From NCBI RefSeq assembly GCF_009914755.1, contig NC_060925.1: DNA of 64,000 nucleotides. One strand, given 5' to 3'. Shown in pieces: positions 1 to 13,349 of this stretch. How positions within the stretch are numbered: the stretch's first letter is position 1; each line of letters begins with the position of its first letter. The notes under the pieces are model-generated. The model did not search any database, was not told the origin of the DNA, and saw only the letters and a program-made list of their open reading frames with translations. Both the position numbers and the translations under genes were made by a program. This stretch comes from the human T2T-CHM13v2.0 reference genome, Homo sapiens.

Positions 1-45
1 GCACATAGTAGGTGTTCAATAAATATTTGCTGAATGAATTTATTG
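1..45 (+). mobile_element. L2 3' end fragment
   Basis: gcacatagtaggtgttcaataaatatttgctgaatgaat matches the L2 3' terminus. Confidence 0.65.
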
Positions 46-477
46 AAATTAATTCTTGAACTTGATTTATGATCATCAAGGATAAGTGGGGACAAGTGTT
101 CCAGACAGAGAGAGAATAGCTTGGGCAAAGAAACATACATAGGTGCAAGTTTTAATTTGCCCAAATGTTGTTTCCCTAAATGTACTGCCAGAGAGTGTTC
201 TTATAAAGTTTGGATATCATTGAGATTTCTGGATGGTGGCCTTTCTTTCTTTTCTTTTATTATTGTTTGTTTGTTTTTAAACTTTTGATTGAATTCTCCC
301 CACACATTACTGTGCTCAGTGTCTTGAGAAGATTGACCATACTGGCACATTTTAACCAGGGCTTCTGTCAACTGATGTCCTTTTGAACCACCTGCATTAG
401 GGTGCACATTGTTGCATCCTCTACCCTCATCCCTCTGTTGGAAACCGTAGTGGCTATCAGGTAAAATTGGTCATAGG

Positions 478-580
478 TAATGTGACCATGTGACCTGGTT
501 TGCCATTACTGGTTTATGCCTGTTGTCTTGTTGTAATTATTAATAGAGACTCCTTGCACTCTCAAAAATATCTGGGTTTG
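478..580 (+). mobile_element. hAT-Blackjack MITE relic (MER81-like)
   Basis: gtgaccat...ggtttatgcctgttgtc...taattattaatag...cactctcaaaa follows the recalled consensus. Confidence 0.55.
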
Positions 581-857
581 CCCGAGAGAAGCATCAGTCA
601 AGAAAAGTGGTTGATGTAGAAAGCCCCATTACCAGACATTGGGAGCACTAATTCAACACTTACTTAGCAGATATTTATTGAATGTGATTCTATTCTGGAC
701 ACTTCAGGGACCCGTAAGTATGAACAAAACGTGGTCTCTCCTTTGCCCTTAATTCAAAGTGATGATTGTACATATCCTAGCTTTCTCGTGGTTATAAGAA
801 TAACACAGTAAATACTCTGTGAATATTTGTTGAATGATTATAATGAGTAAATGATGT

Positions 858-1012
858 ATGTTATTTAACCTCTTTCTTAGTTTTCCTTATATGTCAATGC
901 AGAGATAATAATAACAGTACCTACCTTATAGGATTGTTGTGAAACTAAGTGAGTAAATACATATAAAGAGCTAAGAGTAGTATCTGACACAGTAAATGCT
1001 CAATAGATAGCA
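858..1012 (+). mobile_element. MIR
   Basis: Core ataataacagtacctaccttataggattgttgtga...aaatgctcaata. Confidence 0.7.
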
Positions 1013-1564
1013 GTATTGTCTGAAAGCACTTTGCAAACACAACAGAGCTACCTATAGCTTTCTGCAGCTTAAAAATGAGAAAAGCAGCGATTTGGAAGCT
1101 TTGTCTAGGAAAGGTTGCATTTGTTAATTTATTTAACTATCATTTATTATGAATCAGATATAAGCCCCATCCTCAAGGAGCTCAAGTGGGACAGACATGC
1201 AAAAGAAGACTATGAATCTACATACATTTATGTCATAAAACCATGTCCTATAAATTTGTGGGTTTTGTTAGAGGTCTGCTGGGTACCACTTTATAGACCA
1301 TTCATTGACAGTTTCAGCAGAAGGGGTGGATGTTGATTGCTATTAATCAAGGAAGCAATGTGGTTAGATTGGAATTTAAGAAAGGTTACTGTGGCTGGTA
1401 GATGGTATTCATTTAAAACTGAAGGTAAAGATACGTTGATGGTAATAATTCAAGACAGGATCAAGATACCAGCTTTATTTTCCCAGCCCTCTCTCAGTAT
1501 TTGTGAAACCTGTGTTGTCAAACTTGAGTGTTTCCATTGTTAATTGTTGTACTTCATGTTTCTA

Positions 1565-1918
<354 letters not shown>

Positions 1919-3084
1919 TTATTCGGAGGAAGATTAATTGTGAAGCATTCAGGTAGGTGAAAAGTGTGAGAGGAGTAAGCACTGTTATCCTGTATGCTTG
2001 GGAGGCCTCAGCAATGGAGACATTCCATTTGGGATTTCAGATAGCAATGACTGAATGCTTCAAAATGAAAATAACAGACAAGGAGGCTTGAGTTCAGTGG
2101 AAGTGCTCAGGGACTTGCCTAAGGTCACATAGCTAGTTTACGGCAGCATTGGTGCTCAAACCCGTCTTTTGACTCCCAGTTCACTTTTCTTTCATTATAG
2201 TATTATTTATACTAGACTAGATAAGTCCCTTTACTGATTGCTGAGTTCCTTAGGAACTGCGTGGGTGTGGGGTAGGCATTAATGAGGCCCACCCTTCCCC
2301 CAACTAGGAGAACAGCACTGTTCTATTTGTTTATATATTGAGGGTTTTCATAATATTTTGCTTAGAAAAAAGCACTTGCTATAAAAAAGAAAAAAAAGGT
2401 TGAAAATAAATCATCTGAAGCTACAAATTAGCTAAATAGCCTGATACTCCTGTAGTGTAAAACTATATAGTCTCCTTTTAAACTAATTTTATATTTATAT
2501 AATATATAATTTTTACACACACACACACATACAGCCACACATATTAACTAATGTCACTGCCTATATAGATACTCTGTTAAGTACTTGCACTTCCTAGGGT
2601 TTTCCCAGAGACCTGGTTGTATAGATCTGAGAATATGGGCTACAATATCAGCAGTGCCTTCCTCTTTTCCATAGCTTTCACACCATCCAGACCTATTGGA
2701 GTTCTCTGTGACTAAGACTTTCCAGCTATGGAAGCACAAATTCAGGGGGCAAACCGTCACATTATTCACCAAATAAGGTTGTAGCCAGAGCATCCCCATC
2801 TCTATCAATAAAACAGTGCCTGTGTTGAAAGCTCATAGCATGAGCTCAATGGATTTGTTGAGTTTGAAGAGCAACTTCCACTTTCGAGTTTCTGATTTTA
2901 GTCACTTGAACATTTCTAAGAGGAATAATACCTTCCGTTGGTAGAGCTTTCTCACAACAGAAAAAAATGATTTTGTGGAAAGGTGGATTCCAAAAGTTTT
3001 TGAGTCATCCTTGGGATTCATCTACTCTTCATGTATTTCTAAGAGAGGCCATATCTCAGCCTGCCATATGAATATATTTATTTT

Positions 3085-3600
3085 ACTTTAGCAAATATTT
3101 ATTGAGCACCAACTATGACAGCCACTGTGCTCAGCTGGAGGGAAACAAAGACAAATAAGAACAGTCTTTGCTCTTGAGTACCTTGAAAACAGGTGGGAGA
3201 GACAGACCCGTAAACAACTGTGGTAATGCTCTGACATGAGTTCTGTGGAGTCAGAAAGAACAAGCTAGTATGAAAGCTCAGATAACAAAGAAGATCATTT
3301 TGCTTAGTGAGGCTGAGGCCTTGAAGGATGAATATGATTTTCCATACAGAGAAGGCATTCTAGATGGAAGAAATTACAGGCATAAAGACAAGTGTTGTGA
3401 GAGAATAGATGGTCATATCTAGAGCTGTGTATAGGGAAAGGAATGTCTTGGAGGTATCAGGAAACTTAAATAAAGACAAAATTTTAAAGAGCCTTGAATG
3501 CCGTACTGAATAATTGGCCTTGAAAAAAGCAATAAGGATCTTAGAAAGATTTTTAGGCAGGGGAGTAACAGAACATAGGGCAAACCATAAGAAATTGACC
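3085..3600 (-). mobile_element. L2 relic
   Basis: caaatatttattgagcaccaactatg...cactgtgct followed by purine-rich L2 body; the boundary is approximate. Confidence 0.55.
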
Positions 3601-3894
3601 ACGTTTGACTGCTTTTAACCTAAAAAACAATTTCATGTTTCAACCTAATAAAAAATAGTGAACATTTTTGAGTAAGTAGCAGCATGTTACACCCCACAAT
3701 ACATGCCTTACATGGATTATCTCATCTAATCCTCACAAGTTTAGGCATTATTGTTGTCCCCAGTTTAAATATGACACAAAATTCAGAGAGTATCTTTGGA
3801 CTTAATCAAGGTCCTGGTCCCTGACTTTTAAAAGCCCATGGTTTTAATGATTTTAACCAACCATCTCCAGTTCTGCATTTTATTAAAATAGCTT

Positions 3895-4267
<373 letters not shown>

Positions 4268-6239
4268 TTAAAAATCTTCTTCAAAAGCTTAATTTCCCTT
4301 TAGCCAGCATTATTACAGTGTAAAGTCAGTTGAAAATCTGAGTAAACCCTACTGAAAATGTTGTTTGCTAATTAAAAACTACTTATTTATAAACTCTGAC
4401 ATATTAGAACTGGCAGAGACTTCAGGAATCATCTAGTTTCATTTCTTATTTACTCAAGAAGGTTCTGGTCCAGAGAGGAGAAGTGGTTTGCCTGAGGTCA
4501 TAGAATTACTAGTAGCAGAGATGAAACTGGCCTTGATGTCTCCTGGCTCTTCCTTTATGTTCCCTAGTGAATTAAAATGGATCTTACTTTCACAAACATG
4601 CACTAAGCACCTACTGTGTATAAGGCCCATTGTTCTAGGTATGTTCTTCTGTTCTCTTACACATGCAAATGTGTACAAATTCATGTTAGGTAGATGGTTC
4701 AGTTTGGCTAACTACTGACACTACGTCAAAGATATAGGGGGAATCTGTCTTTTAGCTATCCATATCATGGAATTGGCAAACATACATTGATAATAAATTT
4801 TTAATAGTGAAGATATCCATTAAGATTACTGTTCTAAGTCCTTGTGTGTTTTGTTTCCTTTTGCCCCAAGGTACCCATGTGCTAACAAATAATAAAGAAA
4901 AAATTTCAAGCAGGAGTTTTTACATTAGTTGAGTTGTGAAACCTTGAAGATGATGTAAGCATTTCAAAATCCTTGAACAAGATGTAAGTTTTAATGGTAT
5001 GCATAACATATATGACACACATTTACATTCATAGGATTTTTGAAGGCTAGCAAAATTTTTTGCAAGCATTCTTATTTCACTGACAATGGAAAAATCATCA
5101 ATGTGATGATTATTTGATTATCCCACTGTCCATTTTATGGATAATGAAGTGGGCAAAGTAGGTATCAAATAATAAAATTAGTAAATACTCTTTATTCACT
5201 CTTCTCAGTAAGGGAGGAATAGCAAGTGGTTAGACTGAATAGTGAGTTCAATATCAATAACCCTTTTAAAATAACTTAAGTGTAATTTCTATAATGACCT
5301 AGGATTAATGATAACTTGGTTAAAAAAATGAAAAGTTATGTTTGTGAGTAATTTTAGGGAAGGACCAGGGCTTTTCTAGACACTCAAATTTTGTAGAAGC
5401 CTAGCATCATTGTGGTTACCTCATAATATCATAAAGGAAGGTTAACATGAAATAAGCACTTGTAGCAAATAAGGCTTTGGGTGTTGTAATGTTAAAACTT
5501 CTGTTCAAAAACCTTACATTAAAAAAGTACTCATCTTCATTAAAGATGTGATCCTTTTCACAGAGGTATTTTGAACTTCAAGCTGCTGTTGCTAAGGGGT
5601 TGCTACGGGAAATGAGCTACTCAGCATTAATGTGTAACTTTACTCTTCTGCTTAAAAGTAGTTAAATCATTTCCCCAGCTTTAGAGTCAGAGAGGGGAAG
5701 AACTAAAAAGGGTCAAGTGGAGAGTTGCCTCTTTCTGACAGTTATATAGCATGCCTCTCTTGTTTTTCACATTTTTTTATTTGCCTCTCATAGAGAAAGG
5801 AAGCATCCTTTCTGGGCATAAGAGGGTTGAAAACTAGACTACCAAGTAGGGCAGGGCTTATAATAAATGTAGAATGTCCCTGGCTAAGGCAGAAGGGAAG
5901 TGCCTGACCACTGAAAGAAAAGCAGCCGTGGGCTGTTGATCTAAGGCTTCTGCTGGTGACCAACCTCAGGAAAGGGCTTTTTATAATAAGTCAGCATTGA
6001 GGATGACTTGATAAAGAAAGTTATGTATTAGTGAATAGAGCATTGACCACCAAATAATTATATCCTAAGCAGTTGGTTCAAAAGTTTTTCTGAATTATTT
6101 GAAATCAATAATTTATATCTTTTCTTGAGTGCCCACCATATTCCAGGTACTGTTATTCCATGTGCTGGGGTTATAAGGCAAATAACGTACAATTTCTGCC
6201 ATGCAAGCTCACAGTACAGTGTGAAAGTAACAATGAACT

Positions 6240-6555
<316 letters not shown>

Positions 6556-8584
6556 GAAAGTAACAATGAACTATAATCCATTGAATGCAATCTGTAATTG
6601 AATTGTTTGAAAATTACTGAAGTCTGGAATTATGTTCTCAGTGGATTTTTAATAAATAAAATTTGGAAATATTTGTAAAGATTAATGCTTTGGGACTTTA
6701 GCAGACAATTTCATCTGAAGATCAGTCACTCTCTACACCACTTCCAAGCCTGGAGAATGGAATAGCACATGCACGAAATAATGTAGACAAAATGTTTCCC
6801 TTGTAATCCTCATAGGACCAAGGTTCTGTTATCACCTGGTGGCAGAATACAGAATTTACAGGCATAGATTATTTTGATTGTTACTGTTTTAAATGTCAAT
6901 AGAAGTCAAAGACATTATTTTGAATGTTAGTTTTTGAGTATAGAGTAACACAGAAAATAAGACTTAAATATCTTTAGATTCACACTTTTCTGTGTAAGTT
7001 GGTATGTTATAGAGAAAAGACTGTGGACTGAGGTTGGGCATACGTAAGCATGAAACTTAAATTGGCCTCTTACTAGTTACATGATCTTGAGAAAATCAGT
7101 TAAATTATGTAATCTCTAGTTTTCTTATTGGAAATCTCAGAGTTGTGAGATTAAATGAGATTTATAGGCACAGCACCTACCATAATGTTCAACACACAGT
7201 GAATGTTCCGTCAATATTAATTCTGGTTCCTTTTATAAAGAACGTACTGAATAAGAGGTCTGCCCGCCCACAGTCGTCATATCATAACATCCCTCTGTTT
7301 ATAGCTTTTAAAAATGGAGGAGGTTGGAATAGATTCAGAGGAGCCTTCATAGGGGTTCTGGCTAGGATGCGATGGCTGTCAGTATTTCTTTCCTTTCCCC
7401 CTACCCCACCTCTATTCTTATATGAAAAATATTCTGCATTTTCCTAGCCAATTCTTATCATTCTTTGGATCTCGCCTCAGTTCAGGCTTCTCCCACGAAG
7501 CCTTCCCCATCACTCCAGATCTCATCCTCATTATCAACTATCTCTAACACTTAACTTTGGTATTCTTTTTACATCCTTCCTTAGGCTATTAGGATTCATG
7601 CATAAAAAGGAAAGCTCCTTCCCAATCAGATTTTAAGCTCCTTGAAGGTGGGGACTATGACTTCTATTTCTTTTTATTGTTCACACCAATAATTTAGCAC
7701 TGAACTTTGCTCACAAGATTAAGTAAATGTTGATTTGCAGCAGGCACTTTTTTATTAGAACTGGAACAGACCATTCAGCCTTTGTTAGTTATGATTTTCT
7801 TGTTATTCTCTAGTTGTTTTGAGAGTCTTTATATCATATCTTCCTCAACAAGACTGAATTATCCTGAAACTAATACAAATTTATGCATTTCCTCCCCATT
7901 CTACATATTAGTAATAATTGCTGCCATTTAGAGTGATGCCTCCACCAAGTTTTTTTTTTTTTCTGGCAACAAACTATAAGTGAAGTATTATTGTGCCCAT
8001 TTTACAGATGAGGAAATTGAGGCTTATGGAGCCTAACATATCATTTTTCCCTAAGGAGATGTTCAGCCACCCCTAGTTGAATCAAACAAAATGGGCCTTG
8101 GGATAGTACTTGAAGTGTTAATGAGTGGGACTATTGATCTTCGTTCATTCCCCATAACTCAGCACTACTTGGAAATAAGGACATATAACTTAATTCAACT
8201 ACTGCTTGTTGAGCAACTACTGTATGTAAGGGGTTTTTTCAGGTTTAAAAGAGGAAAAACGGGTAGGGTTGGGGACCCAATCAGGTACTCATCCTGCTTT
8301 CTAAAATGCTTTGCTTTCCAGCTTTAATCTTTTGTATTTCTCCTATTCCAAATTTACAGCCTGATTATAATAATAGATTAAATGAGATATCTTGAGGACA
8401 TACCTAGCTAAAAGCATGTCACAAAGAAATCTTTTTAAGAAAATTTTTTTAAAGAATATTTTTTAAATTTTTTAATCTTGCTATTTTTTAGTTGAGAAAA
8501 AATTGAGCATGACTTTCACCTTCCCTTTCCTTTCTCTTCTAGTCTGTGCCCATCTTTCTCACTGATTCAACAAATATTTACTAA

Positions 8585-8733
8585 GGCTGGGCACAGAGGC
8601 TTATACCTATAATATTAGCACTTTGAGAGGCTGAGGCAGGAGGATCTCTTGAGGCCAGGAGTTCAAGACAAGGCTGGGCAAAATACTGAGACCCCTATCT
8701 CTACCAAAAAAGAAAAATTCTTAATTAATAAAC
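8585..8733 (+). mobile_element. Free left Alu monomer (FLAM-like) inserted in an L2 tail, 16-bp TSD
   Basis: Single Alu arm; acaaatatttactaag at 8570-8585 and 8734-8749. Confidence 0.85.
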
Positions 8734-8966
8734 ACAAATATTTACTAAGCATATTCTTCTGTGACATAAAGGAAGAGATATCTTACTTTTAGATAAGGAA
8801 AACACATTTCTAGAAGTATGCTTAGATACTATAATTGTCACTACTGACAATTTACTGGGTTGAGTAAAATTGTGTATGTCAAGTGCCTAATACAGTGTTT
8901 GGTATACAGTAGACTCCCGGTAAAATATAGCGTTTTCATTTGTGCTTTAGAATTCCTGTTAATTTC

Positions 8967-9310
8967 ATCCAGGTGCGGTGGCTCACGCCTGTAATCCCAG
9001 CACTTGGGGAGGCCGTGGCGGGCAGATCACGAGGTCAGGAGATTGAGACCATCCTGGCTAACACGGTGAAACCCTGCCTCTACTAAAAATACAAAAAATT
9101 AGCCGGGTGTGGTGGCGGGCACCAGTAGTCCCAGCTACTCAGGAGGCTGAGGCAGGAGAATGGCTGAACCTGGGAGGCGGAGCTTGCGGTGAGCCGAGAT
9201 GGCGCCACTGCACTCCAGCCTGGGCGTCAAAGCGAGACTCCATCTCAAAAATAAAATAATAAAATAAAATAAAATAAAATAAAATAAAATAAAATAAAAT
9301 AAAATAAAAA
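8967..9310 (+). mobile_element. AluY, full length, (AAAAT)n tail, 18-bp TSD
   Basis: gatcacgaggtcaggagattgagaccatcctggctaacacggtg and ggcggagcttgc diagnostics. TSD agaattcctgttaatttc at 8949-8966 and 9334-9351. Confidence 0.95.
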
Positions 9311-10947
9311 CTCTGCCCTAACTGGCAAGTCAAAGAATTCCTGTTAATTTCGTTATTTCTTCTTCTCCTCCCTTTCTCCCCTCCCCTCCTCTCCCTTTGA
9401 CCTTTTCTTCCTTCTTTCTCCTCCTCCTCCCTTCTTTTTCCATGGATGTACCTTCTTTGCCTTTTACATCTATTCCTTTATTATTAGTTACAGAATTATA
9501 AATGAGTCCAGAATTTTTTTAAATTCCATATCAAGTCATTTTCAAAAATTTATTAAACTGACCAAACACTATATCCTTTAATGGTATGAATAGCTACTCC
9601 ATACTTTACCTGCTCGTGCACTTAGATTTATAAAAATTTATACATATACCAGGGTTGTTTGTTTGTTTCTTTGTTTTGGTTTTTTATTTTTAGTAAAGCT
9701 CATCTGAACTGATATGAAGAGGCCCCAAATCCCTTAATGCAGGGATCTTCAGAAATCTCTGTGTGTTTTCACATTGACCCTGCTGAGTTTTTTGGGGGTT
9801 ATGATGAAGAATATATCAGGGAAAAGTCCAGACAGCCATTCCACCTAAATCAGATGCTTGGATAAATGTGTATTTACCTTTTTTTTTCAGAATTTTGTAA
9901 GTAAGATAGTTTTCCTGTACTTCAAATTTTCTTTCCCAGAAAGACATCCTAGTGCTTTAAGAGTATGGTCAAAGGCACATTTGAAAAAGTAAGCATACAC
10001 TGACTCTGGAAAGGAAACTTTTACTTTCAGCTACTGTTCTTGCATAAGGCTTAGGAATATGAAGAGAAAGCAGGAAGATGAAGTATGAATCTACTCTTAG
10101 GTCCATTTACCTGCACAGGTGAACTCTTGGCGATTTAGACAGGTTAGACATCCATTTGTCACATTTCCCCCCACAGTAGCATTCTTCTAGCTTTCCCACA
10201 ATCTGTAGTAGACAAAACTACTTAGGAAGGAGAAAGGCATTATTGACTATCAGGTCATATATCTCACAGAGAACATTCGACAGTGAATTTCTGATAGACT
10301 CCTTCACATCAGTCTGGTGCATCTTTCTTGCCTCTGTAGTATGTTTGCATTTTCCTATAAAAATTGATTTAATGTTTCTACATGATAAAGAAAAAAAAAA
10401 GACAGAAACCAACACCACAATTCAACAAAGGAAAATTAAGCTTTAAATTTTCTCAAAAGCTTTTACATATAGTATACCATTTTCTGGGCAGACTGATTGT
10501 ATTTTTCCTAAAGAAGGAAATGCCAGCAGTCTAGGTTTATTTTTCAAGGGAAGAGGTAAAGGATGAAAATAAATTGAACCACAGGAAAATGTCAGGTCAT
10601 AGTCACTGATGACGCTATTTAAATGGTGTGCTATAATCATATTAGGGCAGAGCACATGGAATTCCTGATTTCTGCATGACAGTGAAGAAGGGCCAGCAAT
10701 TATCTATATGTGTGTGTGTGGATATGTGAGTGTCTGTTCACTCTACCTTCCCACCCCATTTTGCTAATTCAATTGAGGGGCAAGAAGAGGTAATCCAGAC
10801 AGCCGGAACAGGAGGAAAAGGTCTGCAGCTGTGTTCGGAGGGACTGGTGTGAAGAGAGAGGCTCAGTCTGACTTGGAGTTTTGTGCTGTTGCACGTGAAT
10901 GCTCTGGAACTGCCCTAATCGACTGAAAATGAGCCGGCTACAGTCAT

Positions 10948-10956
10948 ATGGAACAG
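10948..10956 (+). CDS. ELAVL4: ELAVL4 alternative first exon, coding part M-E-Q
   Basis: catATGGAACAG|gtctgt, phase 0, giving [11 protein letters not shown] (recalled isoform). Lies in a locally GC-richer, motif-dense segment. The donor is only moderately strong. Confidence 0.68.
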
Positions 10957-12858
10957 GTCTGTTTAGCCACATCACTGGATAGCCTGGCAGATGGTAGACC
11001 GTCAATGGGTGGTATTGATTGGCTGGATTTGCCTTAGGGTAACAAGACTATGGGTCCTTAAAAACCCGCTTCATCTTATTTTCCTTTGTGCAGCTTCATA
11101 CAGTAGTGGTTTTCTCTTCTCTCTCCCCCCAGTCCCCAGTATCCCCTTTTACCCTTTTCAAATTAAAAGTCTTCCTTGGTAATCAAAATAGAGAGGTTAC
11201 CTTGAGATAAACACTCTTTAAATTAGCACCAAGGCAAGAAAACTTGAGAATATTTTATTTACTAGGCTGATTACATTTTAATGTTTGAAGAAAGTGACAT
11301 TTTTTAATTAGTGTTTAAGACATATGGTGAGTGTACAAATTAGCTTATTTCATACAACCAGAATTTGATGAGAGCAACTCCTCCTTCTCACTCCCCAGTT
11401 AAAAATTGTCACTTGAAACTTAATATATGCAAGGAGGTTAAATGGTATTAAGTGATGCCGTCTTGACTTAAAGATGAAGGACATAGTCACTATTGTGTAT
11501 GGCTAAATACGGCCTGGATGGGCTGGGAAAATATTACTGTCAACACCTGTGTTTGCAAGAAAATGTGGAGGTTCCAGACCTTTAATTTTGTCCAGCCAAG
11601 AAAAGAAAATCCCAGGTATCTGTGTGTGTTGGTTTCTGTTTTAGACACATGTGGAACATAGAATGGTGTTGCATGCTTTATAAGTAATAAGATCCTCCTT
11701 AAAATCAGGCCATATAACAATATAAGTGATGTAATTTATTTTTGTTCAGGTGGTTCTATATCCTTTTAACATACCCCCAATCACTTGGAGCTTTCAACTT
11801 GGGACATTCTGTTTATTCTTGGCAGAGGAGCAGATTAATTGGAATAGAGTGATACAAAGGAGATGCCAAGTTAGCTATACATCCAAAATAGTATACGACA
11901 GAAATGTTCCACTTCGAGGCAGATCTTCGGGAAAAAGAACAGCAATGGGTAGAGACATGTGATTGGCTTGCTCTTGTGGTTGTTTATCACTATTCATATA
12001 ATTGTATTTTTAAAAGAGAGGCTTAATATTTTGTATTTTTTTTCGGTGTCTTTACTTTTAAGCTTTCAGTTATTTCTTATCAGGAAAGACCCACATTAAA
12101 TAAACCTAATTTCTACCCAGAAGAAAAGTTGCACCCTTAAACTCTTGCCTCCATCTTGTATGTGCTTCATCCACATGCACACTTTTGAGTTTTCATCACT
12201 GTGTGTGAATATTTTTCTGTTTTTGCTAAAGAGAAATATTTTCATGAGGTTTTTGGCCTTCCCCATTGCTCTGTGTTGATTGTATTTTCCTTGTTCATCC
12301 TTTGCTGAATGAAACAAAGCTTGTTTGTGTTTCATTCTTCGCAGTTCTTATTAGAATTTGTGGCAGTGTTTTGTTTTGTTTTGTTTCATTTCCTTGCTTT
12401 AAGTCAAGAGAAGGAATTTTATTTATTTATTTTGACAAGATATAGTGAGAGACAATCTTGCCTGTTAAGATGCTAGTGTTTCTCATGTCACATTTTACAC
12501 CCAAAAGCTATTCCAAGGGGAAAAAAAAAAGAAATCTTTTAAGATGGTTCATTTGAATCTGTGCACTCTACCCACCTGGTGGTTATATAGTGAACTGTTA
12601 CTTTAAAGAGTAGTTTAAACACCAGCCATGTTTGGGGCAGGCTGCTCTTGCAAAGAGAGCAGTACATATAACAGGAGTCTACTGTGTGTGAGATAAGGGG
12701 AAAATTCAGCTCACTGACTAGAGGTTTTAATGTACGAACTCTAGGGAAATAATATATTGACTGTTCCGTGGTGCGCAAGAAAATTGAAGAACCCTTTGCA
12801 GACGGAGTGCTTTGCAAAGGATTCTATCTGTTTCTCTTAAAACAAAATCTGTGGCAAG

Positions 12859-12906
12859 ATGTTTGAAATCAGCAGGACGCTTAATGCTGCTTTGTTAAAT
12901 AATGAG
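12859..12906 (+). CDS. ELAVL4: ELAVL4 alternative first exon, coding part MFEISRTLNAALLNNE
   Basis: aagATG start and GAG|gtaata donor at 12906/12907, phase 0. The peptide resembles the N-terminus I recall for fish elavl4. Confidence 0.72.
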
Positions 12907-13232
12907 GTAATATTTTGTCACTTTTTTCTGGGCAGCATCTGTTTTTCCCCCCTCTTCTTTTTTTTCCCTATATTTATGAAGGATTCCTTTTTTTCCGCCT
13001 CATGGAAGTCAAGGAAATACAATTCACGCTTCCATTTCTGTTCCTTCCTTTTGGTGCTTTTGGAGAATTTGGTTGTCTTTTTTTATTTGCAGTTTCAGCC
13101 GGCTGCTGTTTCCTAGCCCATTGTGCCACGTAAGGCTTCTCCACTGCGCGGAGTAGGTAGTTATTAACGCTGAATTGGCTTCTGGTACAGTCCATCTGGA
13201 CTCTGTGTGGGAAAGCTGGCTGCCGGCGACTG

Positions 13233-13349
13233 ATGCTGAGATATCTGCAACCTTTGGGATGTGTGCATGGTGGCAAGGGGCTGACTGATATGAGATTACT
13301 TCTTTTAAGGGAAATTGTCATTAATGAGTCAAGAAACTGCTCATTTATG
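13233..13349 (+). CDS. ELAVL4: ELAVL4 alternative first exon: MLRYLQPLGCVHGGKGLTD-MRLLLLREIVINESRNCSFM (second in-frame ATG at 13290)
   Basis: Open frame ending TTTATG|gtaaga at 13349/13350, phase 0. MRLLLLREIVINESRNCSFM is recalled as a HuD isoform N-terminus. Which ATG is used is uncertain. Confidence 0.82.

Noticed and set aside
12974-13321. 115-aa antisense ORF overlapping the first exons
   Set aside because: No domain or codon evidence; explained by the composition of the sense-strand exons.
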